Origin: a virus
Lineage: Duplodnaviria > Heunggongvirae > Uroviricota > Caudoviricetes
Length of the DNA stretch: 33,477 nt
Virus record (IMG/VR): IMGVR_UViG_3300029193_000102
Location: 1-33,477 of that record
Strand: one strand, 5' to 3'
The translations under genes were made by a program, and so were the position numbers. Under the pieces are notes generated by a model. That model worked only from the letters and a program-made list of their open reading frames with translations, was not told the DNA's origin and made no database searches. Positions 1 through 7,948 of the stretch are shown one piece after another (position 1 is the first letter of the stretch; each line of letters begins with the position of its first letter).

Positions 1-798
1 TTAATGAACATTCGTCGCCGAAAACGAGTCTGTATCATTAGCGTGATGCAGTCTCTGCAAAGGATCTTGTTGATAAAATTGGCAGAAACGTTGCCACAAT
101 GAAGGGAAACGAGGAGCAAAAAGTTCTGGGGCGCTAAAGAAATATTCAGAAAGTACGGCAAAACATTCAGCAGGATCACTGGCAGCATAAGCATCGATGC
201 TCGCCGCATTCTCGCCAACCAATTCGATTTCTTCCTGAATGTTGTTCATTGCAGCATGAAGATCGTGTTCCCAGCCAGCAACCTCACGCAACGGAATAAA
301 GGGAACTCCGCTGGCGCGATCGCCGTTACGGGTGTCCAGCTTATGAGCGACTTCATGAATAATCAGGTTAAAACCAGAAGCATCAAAAGAATCTTGTATA
401 TCCAACCAGTTCAAAACGATAGGCCCTTGCTGCCAGCTCTGACCTGACTGAACAATACGTTGGTTATGCACCAGACCGATATCGTCTTCCCATTCATCAT
501 CGACCACAAATGGCGCAGGATAAATTAAGACTTCATGAAAACCATCCAGCCATTCCAGTCCTAACTCCAGAACGGGCAGGCAAAATAGAAGTGCTATCCG
601 GCAGCTTCTTAATGAATTCAGCTCAAAGCCCTGTAAAGGAACAAGCCGTTTTTGCTGTAAAAAACGTTCGGCAAGAGTGACTAATTTGCTTTGTTCCTGT
701 TCCGTCAGACACGTTAAAAGGGGGATCGATAGTGCTTCCTGCCAGGGAAGGGCAGTTTGATGTGCTGATTCTTGTACTTTCCAGGGCCACTTAATCAT
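1..798 (-). CDS. mtfA: MtfA (Mlc titration factor A, YeeI-like); host chromosomal gene
   Basis: ORF track 1..837 (-); product begins [28 protein letters not shown] from the internal ATG at 796..798, which I recall as the MtfA N-terminus; sits next to serU as I recall for E. coli. Confidence 0.8.
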   Translation of the reverse strand: MIKWPWKVQESAHQTALPWQEALSIPLLTCLTEQEQSKLVTLAERFLQQKRLVPLQGFELNSLRSCRIALLFCLPVLELGLEWLDGFHEVLIYPAPFVVDDEWEDDIGLVHNQRIVQSGQSWQQGPIVLNWLDIQDSFDASGFNLIIHEVAHKLDTRNGDRASGVPFIPLREVAGWEHDLHAAMNNIQEEIELVGENAASIDAYAASDPAECFAVLSEYFFSAPELFAPRFPSLWQRFCQFYQQDPLQRLHHANDTDSFSATNVH

Positions 799-891
799 CG
801 TTTTGCTCGCAAACTCGTCACTTGAACAAAATTGCACGGACAGGGACTGTTAAAATGCCAAATTTCCTGGCATCATGGCAACCATCTGAAC

Positions 892-981
892 GGAGAGATG
901 CCGGAGCGGCTGAACGGACCGGTCTCGAAAACCGGAGTGGGGGCAACTCCACCGGGGGTTCAAATCCCCCTCTCTCCGCCA
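892..981 (+). tRNA. serU: tRNA-Ser, anticodon CGA; prophage integration target
   Basis: 90-nt sequence GGAGAGATGCCGGAGCGGCTGAACGGACCGGTCTCGAAAACC...GGTTCAAATCCCCCTCTCTCCGCCA with long variable arm, T-loop GGTTCAAATCC and 3' CCA; anticodon loop CTCGAAA. Confidence 0.9.
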
Positions 982-1026
982 AAATTCAATCACTTACACA
1001 TCATTAAGTCAGTGACAAAAATCACA

Positions 1027-1063
1027 CTTGGAATTACTTGGAATATTTTCTTGGAATATTTTC
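1027..1063. repeat. Three direct copies of CTTGGAAT(T/A) (tandem TTGGAATATTTTC x2 plus one partial) between tRNA 3' end and int stop; candidate integrase arm-type sites of attL
   Basis: Copies begin at 1027, 1037 and 1050; overlap the int stop codon (1034..1036) and lie 46 nt after the tRNA. Confidence 0.4.
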
Positions 1064-2059
1064 AGGTAACGGGACATCAAGTGTCGGTGAAACTTTAACC
1101 TTCCTGTCATAGATTAGCACTTGCCCCTCGGTTTTGTGACCAGAGAAAAGTTGCTTATCCCGACTGCTTCCTTCATAGTCTGAAATTCCTTTCGCCTTCA
1201 GATCATGAAAGGTGAAGTCGGTTAAAATACCTGAAATTTTGCCTGCGCGATTTCTTGCTTCTACCCACATTTCGTTAAAGCCTTTGTACATATATCGGTT
1301 GCCGTATTGATTGCTGATTACATAGGCGGATGTTGGTAACTGTTTTGCTTTTTCGATCGCCGCCTGTAATCGTGGACTCCATGCTTTTATCTGTTTTTTT
1401 CCTGTTTTCCCTTGCTGGATAAAGATCCCGTCGTTTCCAATCTGCTCCCATTTCAGCGATAACACATCGGAAACCCTTGCTGCACACAGATAGGCAATTT
1501 CCATTGCGATAAAAACAGGAAGAGGTGCAACGCTTAATACTGCCTGGTATTCTTTGTCGGTTACATATCGTTCGCGGTTTTTGGCCTTGAATTTACTTAC
1601 ACCTGCACATGGGTTAGCCTTCACGTACCCTCGCTCATACCCCCAACTGTAAACACGGGACATACTGCTTTTTTCATGGTTGGCTTGCGTTTTACTCTGC
1701 TCCCCTCTTTTGTCCATGTATCGACGGATGTGTTCTGGTTTTATGGAATCCGCTGGTACCTTACCGAATACGGCAAGCAACTTTTTTTGATGTTGCAGAT
1801 AATCTTTTTGTGTTCTTGGACTAAGGTCACTGTAATAGGCGCTGGCGAGGAATTTTTCCCACAAGCGACCGAATGTCATTGCACGATCGCGATTATTTAC
1901 AGTTTCCTCATACTTTTTCCATAAAGCAGCTAAACCATCCTTGATGGCGGTTAGTGTGACAGATTCTCTGGATGTTGGTTTCCATACATAACTATATTTA
2001 TTTGGGTATACATTTGGAGGTAATTTTTCGTGTTCAGGATTTTTCCTTCGTCTTCCCAT
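1034..2059 (-). CDS. int: Tyrosine integrase, lambda Int family
   Basis: 341 aa; N-terminus MGRRRKNPEHEKLPPNVY resembles the lambda Int arm-binding domain (MGRRRSHERRDLPPNLY); C-terminal HDLKAKG...GH...LIYDRK catalytic-type motifs; adjacent to tRNA. Confidence 0.9.
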   Translation of the reverse strand: MGRRRKNPEHEKLPPNVYPNKYSYVWKPTSRESVTLTAIKDGLAALWKKYEETVNNRDRAMTFGRLWEKFLASAYYSDLSPRTQKDYLQHQKKLLAVFGKVPADSIKPEHIRRYMDKRGEQSKTQANHEKSSMSRVYSWGYERGYVKANPCAGVSKFKAKNRERYVTDKEYQAVLSVAPLPVFIAMEIAYLCAARVSDVLSLKWEQIGNDGIFIQQGKTGKKQIKAWSPRLQAAIEKAKQLPTSAYVISNQYGNRYMYKGFNEMWVEARNRAGKISGILTDFTFHDLKAKGISDYEGSSRDKQLFSGHKTEGQVLIYDRKVKVSPTLDVPLPENIPRKYSK

Positions 2060-2262
2060 CAGATCGCACCAAAATTCGGCTCTACCTCGCGTGGTGGTAA
2101 AGTTTTATTGCAGGTAAATAGATCCCGGCTGACAATCGGTTTGCCACTACGATTGGTATAGAACGGAAGCCCGTTTTCCATTAACCATTTTCGCTGGTGG
2201 CTTGCATATTTGCAGCCCGTTAATATTAGCAATTCATCTTCGGTTAAAAATAAGCTGCTCAT
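2059..2262 (-). CDS. Excisionase-like small protein (DUF4224-type)
   Basis: 67 aa, stop overlaps int start (ATGA); position immediately upstream of int; MSSLFLTEDELLILTGCKYASHQRKWLMENGLPFY resembles DUF4224 excisionase-like proteins. Confidence 0.6.
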   Translation of the reverse strand: MSSLFLTEDELLILTGCKYASHQRKWLMENGLPFYTNRSGKPIVSRDLFTCNKTLPPREVEPNFGAI

Positions 2263-2320
2263 AGCTATATCTCATAACCGCCGCTAACTATATACGGTTA
2301 GCGGCAATTAGGGTTGAACA

Positions 2321-4762
2321 TTAAAAATCAGCCTGACTCGGGATCAGTTTTTGCCAGATAGCTGAAACGTATTTTGCCTGGTAACGAGCGTCATCAAGTG
2401 CATTATGGCGCTCACCTTCGAATGGAATAGCCGTTCTGGCATCGAAGTCTATGGCTTTCCCCAGCTCAACGATTGTGCGTACATCGCGATCGTTGTAGTA
2501 ACGCCACGGGCAGGGGATCCCCTGCCGTTCGTATGAACGGCGCAAAATCGTGTTGTCGAAGTTGGCTCCATTTCCCCAGACCTGAACAAAAAATTCACCG
2601 GAGTTTTCGTCGATAAATTCCCGCAATTGTAACAGTGCATCATCTAACGGGATTTCATCGGTCATAATGGCAGATTGCGCTTCGCGTGATTGCTTAAGCC
2701 ACCATTTAATGGTGTCCCGATCAATGACTCCGCCAGCAGTTTCCAGATCGATAGTCTTACTAAATTCCGGTCCCATATCTCCGGTTTGCGGATCGAAAAA
2801 TATTGCACCTATTGAGATGATCGGGGCATCAGGATTTTTTCCCATGGTTTCAAGGTCGATCATTAGATGGTCACACGTCCTGCTGGTGGATGTGATTTCG
2901 TGATGACCGTTCACCTTAATTGAGTGATCTGCCGTCTCGCCAGTTTTATTATCGCTGGCGTGATGCTGATTGCCGCCAGGGTTCTCCTTGTGTGGATGTT
3001 CAGCGCCTTCCATTTCCTCCGGATCATTTTCCTGAACTTCAACCTGATTCTCTTCATCGAATGTTTCCTGGTATGTTGCGTCGCCCATCACCGCGCCACA
3101 ATCAGGGCAGTTGCCGCCACCGCTCTGACCGCAGGCGGTGCAGACTTTTTCCGGTTCCTGTTGCGCTACTGGTTCGGATTGTTTCGTTTCTGGCTCGTTT
3201 TGTAACGCATTTGGGCTGTTTTGTTCCGCTTTTTGGTCGTTCCGTTCCGATTCATGCTGGTTCTGGTTCACAGAATCGCGAGTCTGGATCCCCTTGACCC
3301 ATTTCGGATCATTAGGGTCGCTAATCCCCTCAACAAATTCACCACGCGATACAGCAAGTAACTTATCGGCGTCAGGCTGGCTGATATTGGCTGCCTGCAT
3401 AATTTTGTTTACTTCGTCAGCGGTGACTTTTACTTGGTTAGCGGAACTCACCTGCGACTGAGCATCCAGCGACTGCGCGTTTTGGCCATGTTCAGTTGTA
3501 TCCGGTTCCATTGTTTCAGTTGTTGCCTGTTCACCTGCCATTGCGTCAGATGGTTGTGGTTTTTCTTCTTCTGTTTCACGCTCAGTAACCACCTCGCGGT
3601 TAATTTCTTCCAGGATATCTTTTTCCGGCGTATGCCGGGCAGCTGTGAGAGTTTCCTTGCTGGGGTTCTCGTGATCAGTTTCCGTCAAATAGGCGTTGAT
3701 ATACCCCTGAAGGCGTCCCGGGTAGTGATAAAATTCAGGGTGTGCGCTTCGGATAAGTGCAAAAATAGCGGCGCGGGAATAGTCCAGAATACCCGGGGTT
3801 GCACGAAGTGCTGCGGACCATTCTTTGAACGGACTTTCTTTGTTCAGGACTACTTCTTTTGCGCGACGATAAACGCTGCCCGGAATTTCATAAATATTAA
3901 AATCCATCGGAAGTGTGGATGCTGCAATCTCCACATCCAGTGTGTCGAGGGTGTGTACTAAATTCGGATTGCGATCGGTTTTGTTCCCACCGCCAGCATT
4001 AGCACCGAAAGCCGTGCGGGTGATGCGTGAAACACGATTTCCTTTCATCCACTCTTTTGTCAGCAGACCCCGATCAGTGTAGTCAGCGTCCAGGTATGCT
4101 TCGAAAAAAGCAGTTATTAGTCCCAGGTCTGAATTACCAGGATTAGGGAAAACTTTGTCAGTGTCACGAACCAGTTTGTGGAGGTCGCGAATCTCCAGCG
4201 AGTCGAGCAGACTGGTTTTATGCGAAATAGCCAGGGCAGTAACAGCCGGTAGTTCTTCAGCCCGTGCAATGTGTAATGCCTGGAGTTCGTCGCGTGAAAC
4301 GTGCGTTACTGGTTTTTCGCTGCCGTGTTGAGCAAGCCAACGAATGGGCAGTTCCTGACCGGAGACAGGCAGAAGCATGCTCTCCTCAATCTCAGTCATG
4401 TCTTCGCCGTTGATGTTGGTATTGTCAGTGCTGGCTGGTTTGTCCCGAACAGAGGGGGAAGGGCCGATAAATGTCATTGTGATGCCATCTTTCCCGCCTT
4501 TTTCATAGCGGTTGCAGAATTCAGTATCAAACACGCCTTCTGGCGGAAGGTCGTCAACAACGGGCAAATTGACGCGGACGGGTTTTTTAAAGTCGTCTTC
4601 ATCATAATCGTTGTCATCCATTGCGGTAATGCAGCGGGAGATTGCAACAGATAATTTTTTTGCTGTAGTCCAGTAAAAACCACCTTTAATTCCTAGGCGT
4701 TTTCTTACTTTGTCATTTTTTGCTTCGCAATATAGTGCAAATTCTTCTTTATCAGTGCTCAT
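2321..4762 (-). CDS. Large exonuclease-like protein: C-terminal DEDDh-type 3'-5' exonuclease domain, central Cys4 zinc ribbon, acidic linker, uncharacterised N-terminal half (possibly the intact form of Qin YdfE)
   Basis: 813 aa; C-terminal motifs [10 protein letters not shown] (Exo I-like) and [13 protein letters not shown] (Exo III H-x4-D-like); [16 protein letters not shown] zinc ribbon; Qin-like gene order int - ydfE - ydfD - dicB. Confidence 0.7.
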   Translation of the reverse strand: MSTDKEEFALYCEAKNDKVRKRLGIKGGFYWTTAKKLSVAISRCITAMDDNDYDEDDFKKPVRVNLPVVDDLPPEGVFDTEFCNRYEKGGKDGITMTFIGPSPSVRDKPASTDNTNINGEDMTEIEESMLLPVSGQELPIRWLAQHGSEKPVTHVSRDELQALHIARAEELPAVTALAISHKTSLLDSLEIRDLHKLVRDTDKVFPNPGNSDLGLITAFFEAYLDADYTDRGLLTKEWMKGNRVSRITRTAFGANAGGGNKTDRNPNLVHTLDTLDVEIAASTLPMDFNIYEIPGSVYRRAKEVVLNKESPFKEWSAALRATPGILDYSRAAIFALIRSAHPEFYHYPGRLQGYINAYLTETDHENPSKETLTAARHTPEKDILEEINREVVTERETEEEKPQPSDAMAGEQATTETMEPDTTEHGQNAQSLDAQSQVSSANQVKVTADEVNKIMQAANISQPDADKLLAVSRGEFVEGISDPNDPKWVKGIQTRDSVNQNQHESERNDQKAEQNSPNALQNEPETKQSEPVAQQEPEKVCTACGQSGGGNCPDCGAVMGDATYQETFDEENQVEVQENDPEEMEGAEHPHKENPGGNQHHASDNKTGETADHSIKVNGHHEITSTSRTCDHLMIDLETMGKNPDAPIISIGAIFFDPQTGDMGPEFSKTIDLETAGGVIDRDTIKWWLKQSREAQSAIMTDEIPLDDALLQLREFIDENSGEFFVQVWGNGANFDNTILRRSYERQGIPCPWRYYNDRDVRTIVELGKAIDFDARTAIPFEGERHNALDDARYQAKYVSAIWQKLIPSQADF

Positions 4763-4855
4763 TATTGGTAAACCTCATCACAGATTTAAGGGTGAACAAA
4801 TCTCTGCCATTGCTGACATATAAGAATGAAACTGGATATTTATTACGGTGCTGTT

Positions 4856-5047
4856 TTAAAGACCTGCCGGGATTTCGTTATTATCCTGGTGAATAACTTT
4901 ATCGACCGGATAACAGTTGCCTGGAATTTTCTGTTCGGTTGCTGCTGCCATACATTCCTGCATTGTTCTGTGAACACTGACTGCAATATCAACTGGCTCT
5001 CCGGAAACAAGAAAAACCGTCAGAATAAGTGCAAATACTGGATTCAT
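4856..5047 (-). CDS. ydfD: YdfD-like small protein with N-terminal hydrophobic segment (Qin lysis-associated peptide)
   Basis: 63 aa from ATG 5045..5047 with AGGA upstream; MNPVFALILTVFLVSGEP... signal/TM-like N-terminus; directly downstream of dicB as in Qin. Confidence 0.55.
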   Translation of the reverse strand: MNPVFALILTVFLVSGEPVDIAVSVHRTMQECMAAATEQKIPGNCYPVDKVIHQDNNEIPAGL

Positions 5048-5232
5048 TGTGCACATCCTTTTGGCATCAGACGTAAACGGGCCAGCATTGAGACAATGCA
5101 TACTTTATTTAATAACTCCCGTTCGTGTTTTCTTTTGTTAATGGCATCTTCAGTAAATACAGGATTACTGATAGTGACGCCAATTTCAAAACAACCTTCA
5201 GACGTATTAACGTTTGGTAATAACGTTTTCAT
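5044..5232 (-). CDS. dicB: DicB cell-division inhibitor
   Basis: 62 aa from ATG 5230..5232 with GAGGA 8 nt upstream; MKTLLPNVNTSEGCFEIGVTISNPVFTEDAINKRK... matches recalled E. coli K-12 DicB in length and sequence. Confidence 0.7.
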   Translation of the reverse strand: MKTLLPNVNTSEGCFEIGVTISNPVFTEDAINKRKHERELLNKVCIVSMLARLRLMPKGCAQ

Positions 5233-5401
5233 TATCGCGTCCTCAACAATGAATTTTGTGATGCAGTGCCTGGTGCCTCCAGGTGACGTTAACCAGTTAA
5301 CAATTAACGCCGGATACAGAGAATCCACCCATAACACTGTTTTTGGTTTTAACTGTTCCGCGTGCGCTCAGCCGCATTCACCACATCACAAAATTCACTT
5401 T

Positions 5402-5459
5402 AAAAAGGGCGGCAGAGCAGTCACGGAGTAAAACTGATACCGCCAAACGTCACCAGAAA
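5402..5459 (-). ncRNA. dicF: DicF small RNA (53 nt at 5407..5459) with 3' stem-loop and U-tract
   Basis: Minus-strand sequence TTTCTGGTGACGTTTGGCGGTATCAGTTTTACTCCGTGACTGCTCTGCCGCCC followed by TTTTT matches recalled DicF; lies upstream of dicB as in the Qin dicB operon. Confidence 0.7.
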
Positions 5460-5799
5460 ATTGATAACAGAGGGCGTTGCAGCGGGGTTGTCACTTAAGC
5501 GTATGGTCAACCTGACAACCCGGTGTCCTCAACGGGGAAGGAATAACCCCGCCATACTTACCGCCGCGCCATTTCGCGGGTTGCCACAACCGGAAGCGCA
5601 CGGTCGACGAAAATTTAACGACAGGCTATCTATGAACCAGCTACCTCGCCGTGTGCTTTCGCGTTATGCTCTGACTTTTCAGAGAAATATCCTTTCAGTA
5701 AACTGTCAGTGCCGGATGTTCACCCGTGTCCGGCGCACGCACTCCACTTCACCCGTGGAGAACTCCTTAATTACCAACCTTAGCTTCGTTGGTTAGCTA

Positions 5800-6018
5800 T
5801 TAACGCGGGTATGTAATCATTCTGGCAATGCTTAATGCCGCTGCTTTTTCCAGATTGGTGATATCCTGCTCCAGAGCGGACAGATTTTCAGCCTGCTTAG
5901 CCCTGGCTTCATTGGCCCATTTCAGATCCTGCGCTGCATTAATTTTCTGGCGCATCCACTCATAAAGTTCATCATCGGTATAGTCTGGCGCGATGATGAC
6001 GGGTTCTCGTTTCTGCAT
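5800..6018 (-). CDS. Hypothetical 72-aa protein (position and size equivalent to Qin YdfC)
   Basis: ATG 6016..6018 with AAGGAG 6 nt upstream; predicted coiled-coil-rich small protein; same strand as the dicB module. Confidence 0.5.
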   Translation of the reverse strand: MQKREPVIIAPDYTDDELYEWMRQKINAAQDLKWANEARAKQAENLSALEQDITNLEKAAALSIARMITYPR

Positions 6019-6089
6019 GTCGGCTCCTTGTGGTTAGCGTTGCCTGCTTTTAACCACGTCAGGCGAGGTGGTATCCTCTGAGGGGTCTG

Positions 6090-6446
6090 TTACTCGAGAG
6101 GAAATTGGTTATGAGTACAATCAAGTTTTCTTGCCCAGAATGTGGTGGCGAAGTCTTTGACACATCCTTTAAGCCGCAGGGCTCTGACAGTTTCGCGGGA
6201 GCCATCTGCAAAAATTGTGGTCACCTTGTAACTGAAGATGAGTCCTCGCAGTTCGATGATGAAATCGTTGACAATATCTTCGGTGCACTCACCAGAGACT
6301 TTCTGAAGTAAAGGCGCATACCGCTTAGTTACCGCTCTGATAATTCTTACCTGTCCGGCAATGGCGCTGATGTCAATATAAAGCGCCATTGCTGCTTCTT
6401 TGCCGATCCCGGGATGCCTTCCATTCTGATGTTTGACTTCGCCCAC
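6090..6446 (-). CDS. Hypothetical 118-aa protein (GTG start); conflicts with the antisense zinc-ribbon ORF at 6111..6311
   Basis: AGAGGA 7 nt upstream of GTG 6444..6446; same strand as the surrounding early-left operon; no recognisable motif. Confidence 0.3.
   Translation of the reverse strand: MGEVKHQNGRHPGIGKEAAMALYIDISAIAGQVRIIRAVTKRYAPLLQKVSGECTEDIVNDFIIELRGLIFSYKVTTIFADGSRETVRALRLKGCVKDFATTFWARKLDCTHNQFPLE
6111..6311 (+). CDS. Hypothetical 66-aa zinc-ribbon protein (CPECGG...CKNCGH); antisense to the 6090..6446 ORF
   Basis: ATG 6111 with GAGAGGAAA upstream; two CxxC pairs ~22 residues apart; opposite strand to neighbouring genes. Confidence 0.35.
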   Translation: MSTIKFSCPECGGEVFDTSFKPQGSDSFAGAICKNCGHLVTEDESSQFDDEIVDNIFGALTRDFLK

Positions 6447-6636
6447 TGAGAAATCCTCTGTTTCCCCTTAACGCCGGGGTAGCGGAACAAAAACCTGCTG
6501 CATAGTTATTAAAGTTGAACCCTGCCGTCATGTTCTTACGCCTCGGGCTGGCTACTTAACCCCTGACCACTGCCTGGTAACTCGAAGTATTGCCCTGCAT
6601 TCTGTGGGGCGGGGTGGGTTGGTATGAAAAGAAGGA

Positions 6637-6673
6637 TACCCATAGGTATTTAAAAAGTAAATACCTATGGGTA
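6637..6673. promoter_or_regulatory. 16-bp perfect inverted repeat TACCCATAGGTATTTA / TAAATACCTATGGGTA (5-bp spacer); candidate operator upstream of the dicB-type operon
   Basis: Arms at 6637..6652 and 6658..6673; lies in the 270-bp non-coding gap between the repressor gene stop and the first early-left ORF. Confidence 0.35.
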
Positions 6674-6715
6674 AATTTTTGCGGTGTCTTAACTGGTGAC
6701 TAGTTGTTTGGTGAG

Positions 6716-7135
6716 CTATGATGCGTTTTGTGCTTTCTTTTTACGGATTTCTTCGTAGATCATATTGTAATACTGTTTTTTCTCTTCAAGAGTTTTTAAT
6801 AATTTATCCGCTTCACTTTCTGGCAGTTCGTCTAAGAGATCTAAAAAAATACGTTGTCGTGGCGTTAGAACCCTTGTTTCATAACTGGAGGCTGTGTTCG
6901 TTGATGATGAAACGATACCATCCATCCATCCCCGGGGTAACCCAAAGGACTCTTCGATAATCTCCACCATATCATCAGCGATCCGTTTTTTTCCCTTTTT
7001 CCCCTCTGGGTACAACATTCTTGATACATAAGAAGGCTCGCGCCCGATCTTTCTGGCCACGTTAACCGCTTTACCATCGCATTTCTCATCACGAATTTTG
7101 ATGAGTTGCTGTCGTCTAAATTCATATTTGTCCAT
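6716..7135 (-). CDS. Prophage repressor, HTH (DicA/RacR-like immunity repressor), possibly translated leaderless
   Basis: 139 aa; HTH-like segment GKAVNVARKIGREPSYVSRML; C-terminal FLDLLDELPESEAD resembles recalled DicA; divergent from a Cro-like gene; no SD before the ATG but a TATTAT -10 (7142..7147) sits just upstream. Confidence 0.7.
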   Translation of the reverse strand: MDKYEFRRQQLIKIRDEKCDGKAVNVARKIGREPSYVSRMLYPEGKKGKKRIADDMVEIIEESFGLPRGWMDGIVSSSTNTASSYETRVLTPRQRIFLDLLDELPESEADKLLKTLEEKKQYYNMIYEEIRKKKAQNAS

Positions 7136-7141
7136 AGGTAA

Positions 7142-7211
7142 ATAATAGATGCGATTACCGCAAGGTAAACAACCTGTGGGTATTGACTTTTGTTTACCTG
7201 TGGGTATTCTT
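7142..7211. promoter_or_regulatory. Divergent promoter/operator region: direct repeats ACCTGTGGGTATT (7172..7184, 7196..7208) overlapping a rightward promoter (-35 TTGACT 7183..7188, -10 ~7205..7211) and a leftward promoter (-35 GTTTAC 7165..7170 rc, -10 TATTAT 7142..7147 rc)
   Basis: Repeats and hexamers read directly; spacings 16-17 bp; placement between the divergent repressor and Cro-like genes. Confidence 0.4.
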
Positions 7212-7235
7212 TGCTGTGTTTACTAAGGAGTAGCT

Positions 7236-7517
7236 ATGGAAGAATTAAGAATATTTCTCAATTCTCTTTCGTCAGATGAACAGCGTATGTTTGCATGCGA
7301 GTGTGGTACCAGCATCGGTTATCTAAGAAAGGCATTGAGTAAAGGTCAAGTGTTAGGGGCATCGTTATGTGTCCTTATTGAGCGAGCCAGTAATGGTGAA
7401 GTTACACGTCAGCAACTAAGGCCTTTTGATTGGATGAATATTTGGCCCGAGCTGGAAGATACCAAAACGTTAACACAACCACTTTCTAGGAGCTTGATTC
7501 ATGAAAATCAAGCATGA
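7236..7517 (+). CDS. Cro-like HTH regulator (YdaS/DicC-like)
   Basis: 93 aa; AAGGAG SD 7 nt upstream; HTH segment CGTSIGYLRKALS; QLRPFDWMNIW resembles recalled Rac YdaS; divergent from the repressor. Confidence 0.7.
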   Translation: MEELRIFLNSLSSDEQRMFACECGTSIGYLRKALSKGQVLGASLCVLIERASNGEVTRQQLRPFDWMNIWPELEDTKTLTQPLSRSLIHENQA

Positions 7518-7926
7518 ACACATCCGCATGGCGATGAATGCATGGGCGCGTCCTGATGGCGAAAAAGTTCCAGCAGCTGGAATAACCCAGGCTTATTTTG
7601 AGTTGGGTATGACGTTCCCAGAACTGTATGACGACAGCCATCCGGAAGCCCTGGCTCGCAATACCCAGAAAATTTTCCGCTGGGTAGAGAAAGACACCCC
7701 TGATGCTGTTGAAAAAATGCAGGCTCTGTTACCGGCGATCGAAAAGGCGATGCCGCCTTTGCTGGTGGCCCGTATGCGCAGCCACAGTTCTGAATATTAC
7801 CGTGAGATCGTCGAACGGAGGGATCGGCTGGTGAAGGATGTCGATGATTTTGTTGCGTCAGCGGTTGTTTTGTATGACCAGATGAATCGCGGCGGCCCGG
7901 CAGGGAATGCTGTGGTGATGCACTAA
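7501..7926 (+). CDS. YdaT-like regulator (CII-position protein)
   Basis: 141 aa; N-terminus MKIKHEHI matches recalled Rac YdaT; AGGAG SD; start overlaps the Cro-like gene end. Confidence 0.65.
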   Translation: MKIKHEHIRMAMNAWARPDGEKVPAAGITQAYFELGMTFPELYDDSHPEALARNTQKIFRWVEKDTPDAVEKMQALLPAIEKAMPPLLVARMRSHSSEYYREIVERRDRLVKDVDDFVASAVVLYDQMNRGGPAGNAVVMH

Positions 7927-7948
7927 AAGCACGGTGTTCGGGGGGTTT

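Noticed and set aside
2449-4683. Multiple ORFs on both strands inside the exonuclease-like gene (for example 2920..3297, 3138..3461, 3434..3961, 4301..4654)
   Set aside because: Out-of-frame or antisense shadows of the 813-aa gene; Cys/Arg/Phe-rich low-complexity translations; no ribosome-binding sites.
4826-5796. Plus-strand ORFs 4826..5431 (201 aa) and 5461..5796 (111 aa)
   Set aside because: They overlap ydfD, dicB and DicF on the opposite strand, have junk-like composition and no RBS; the minus-strand features explain the region better.
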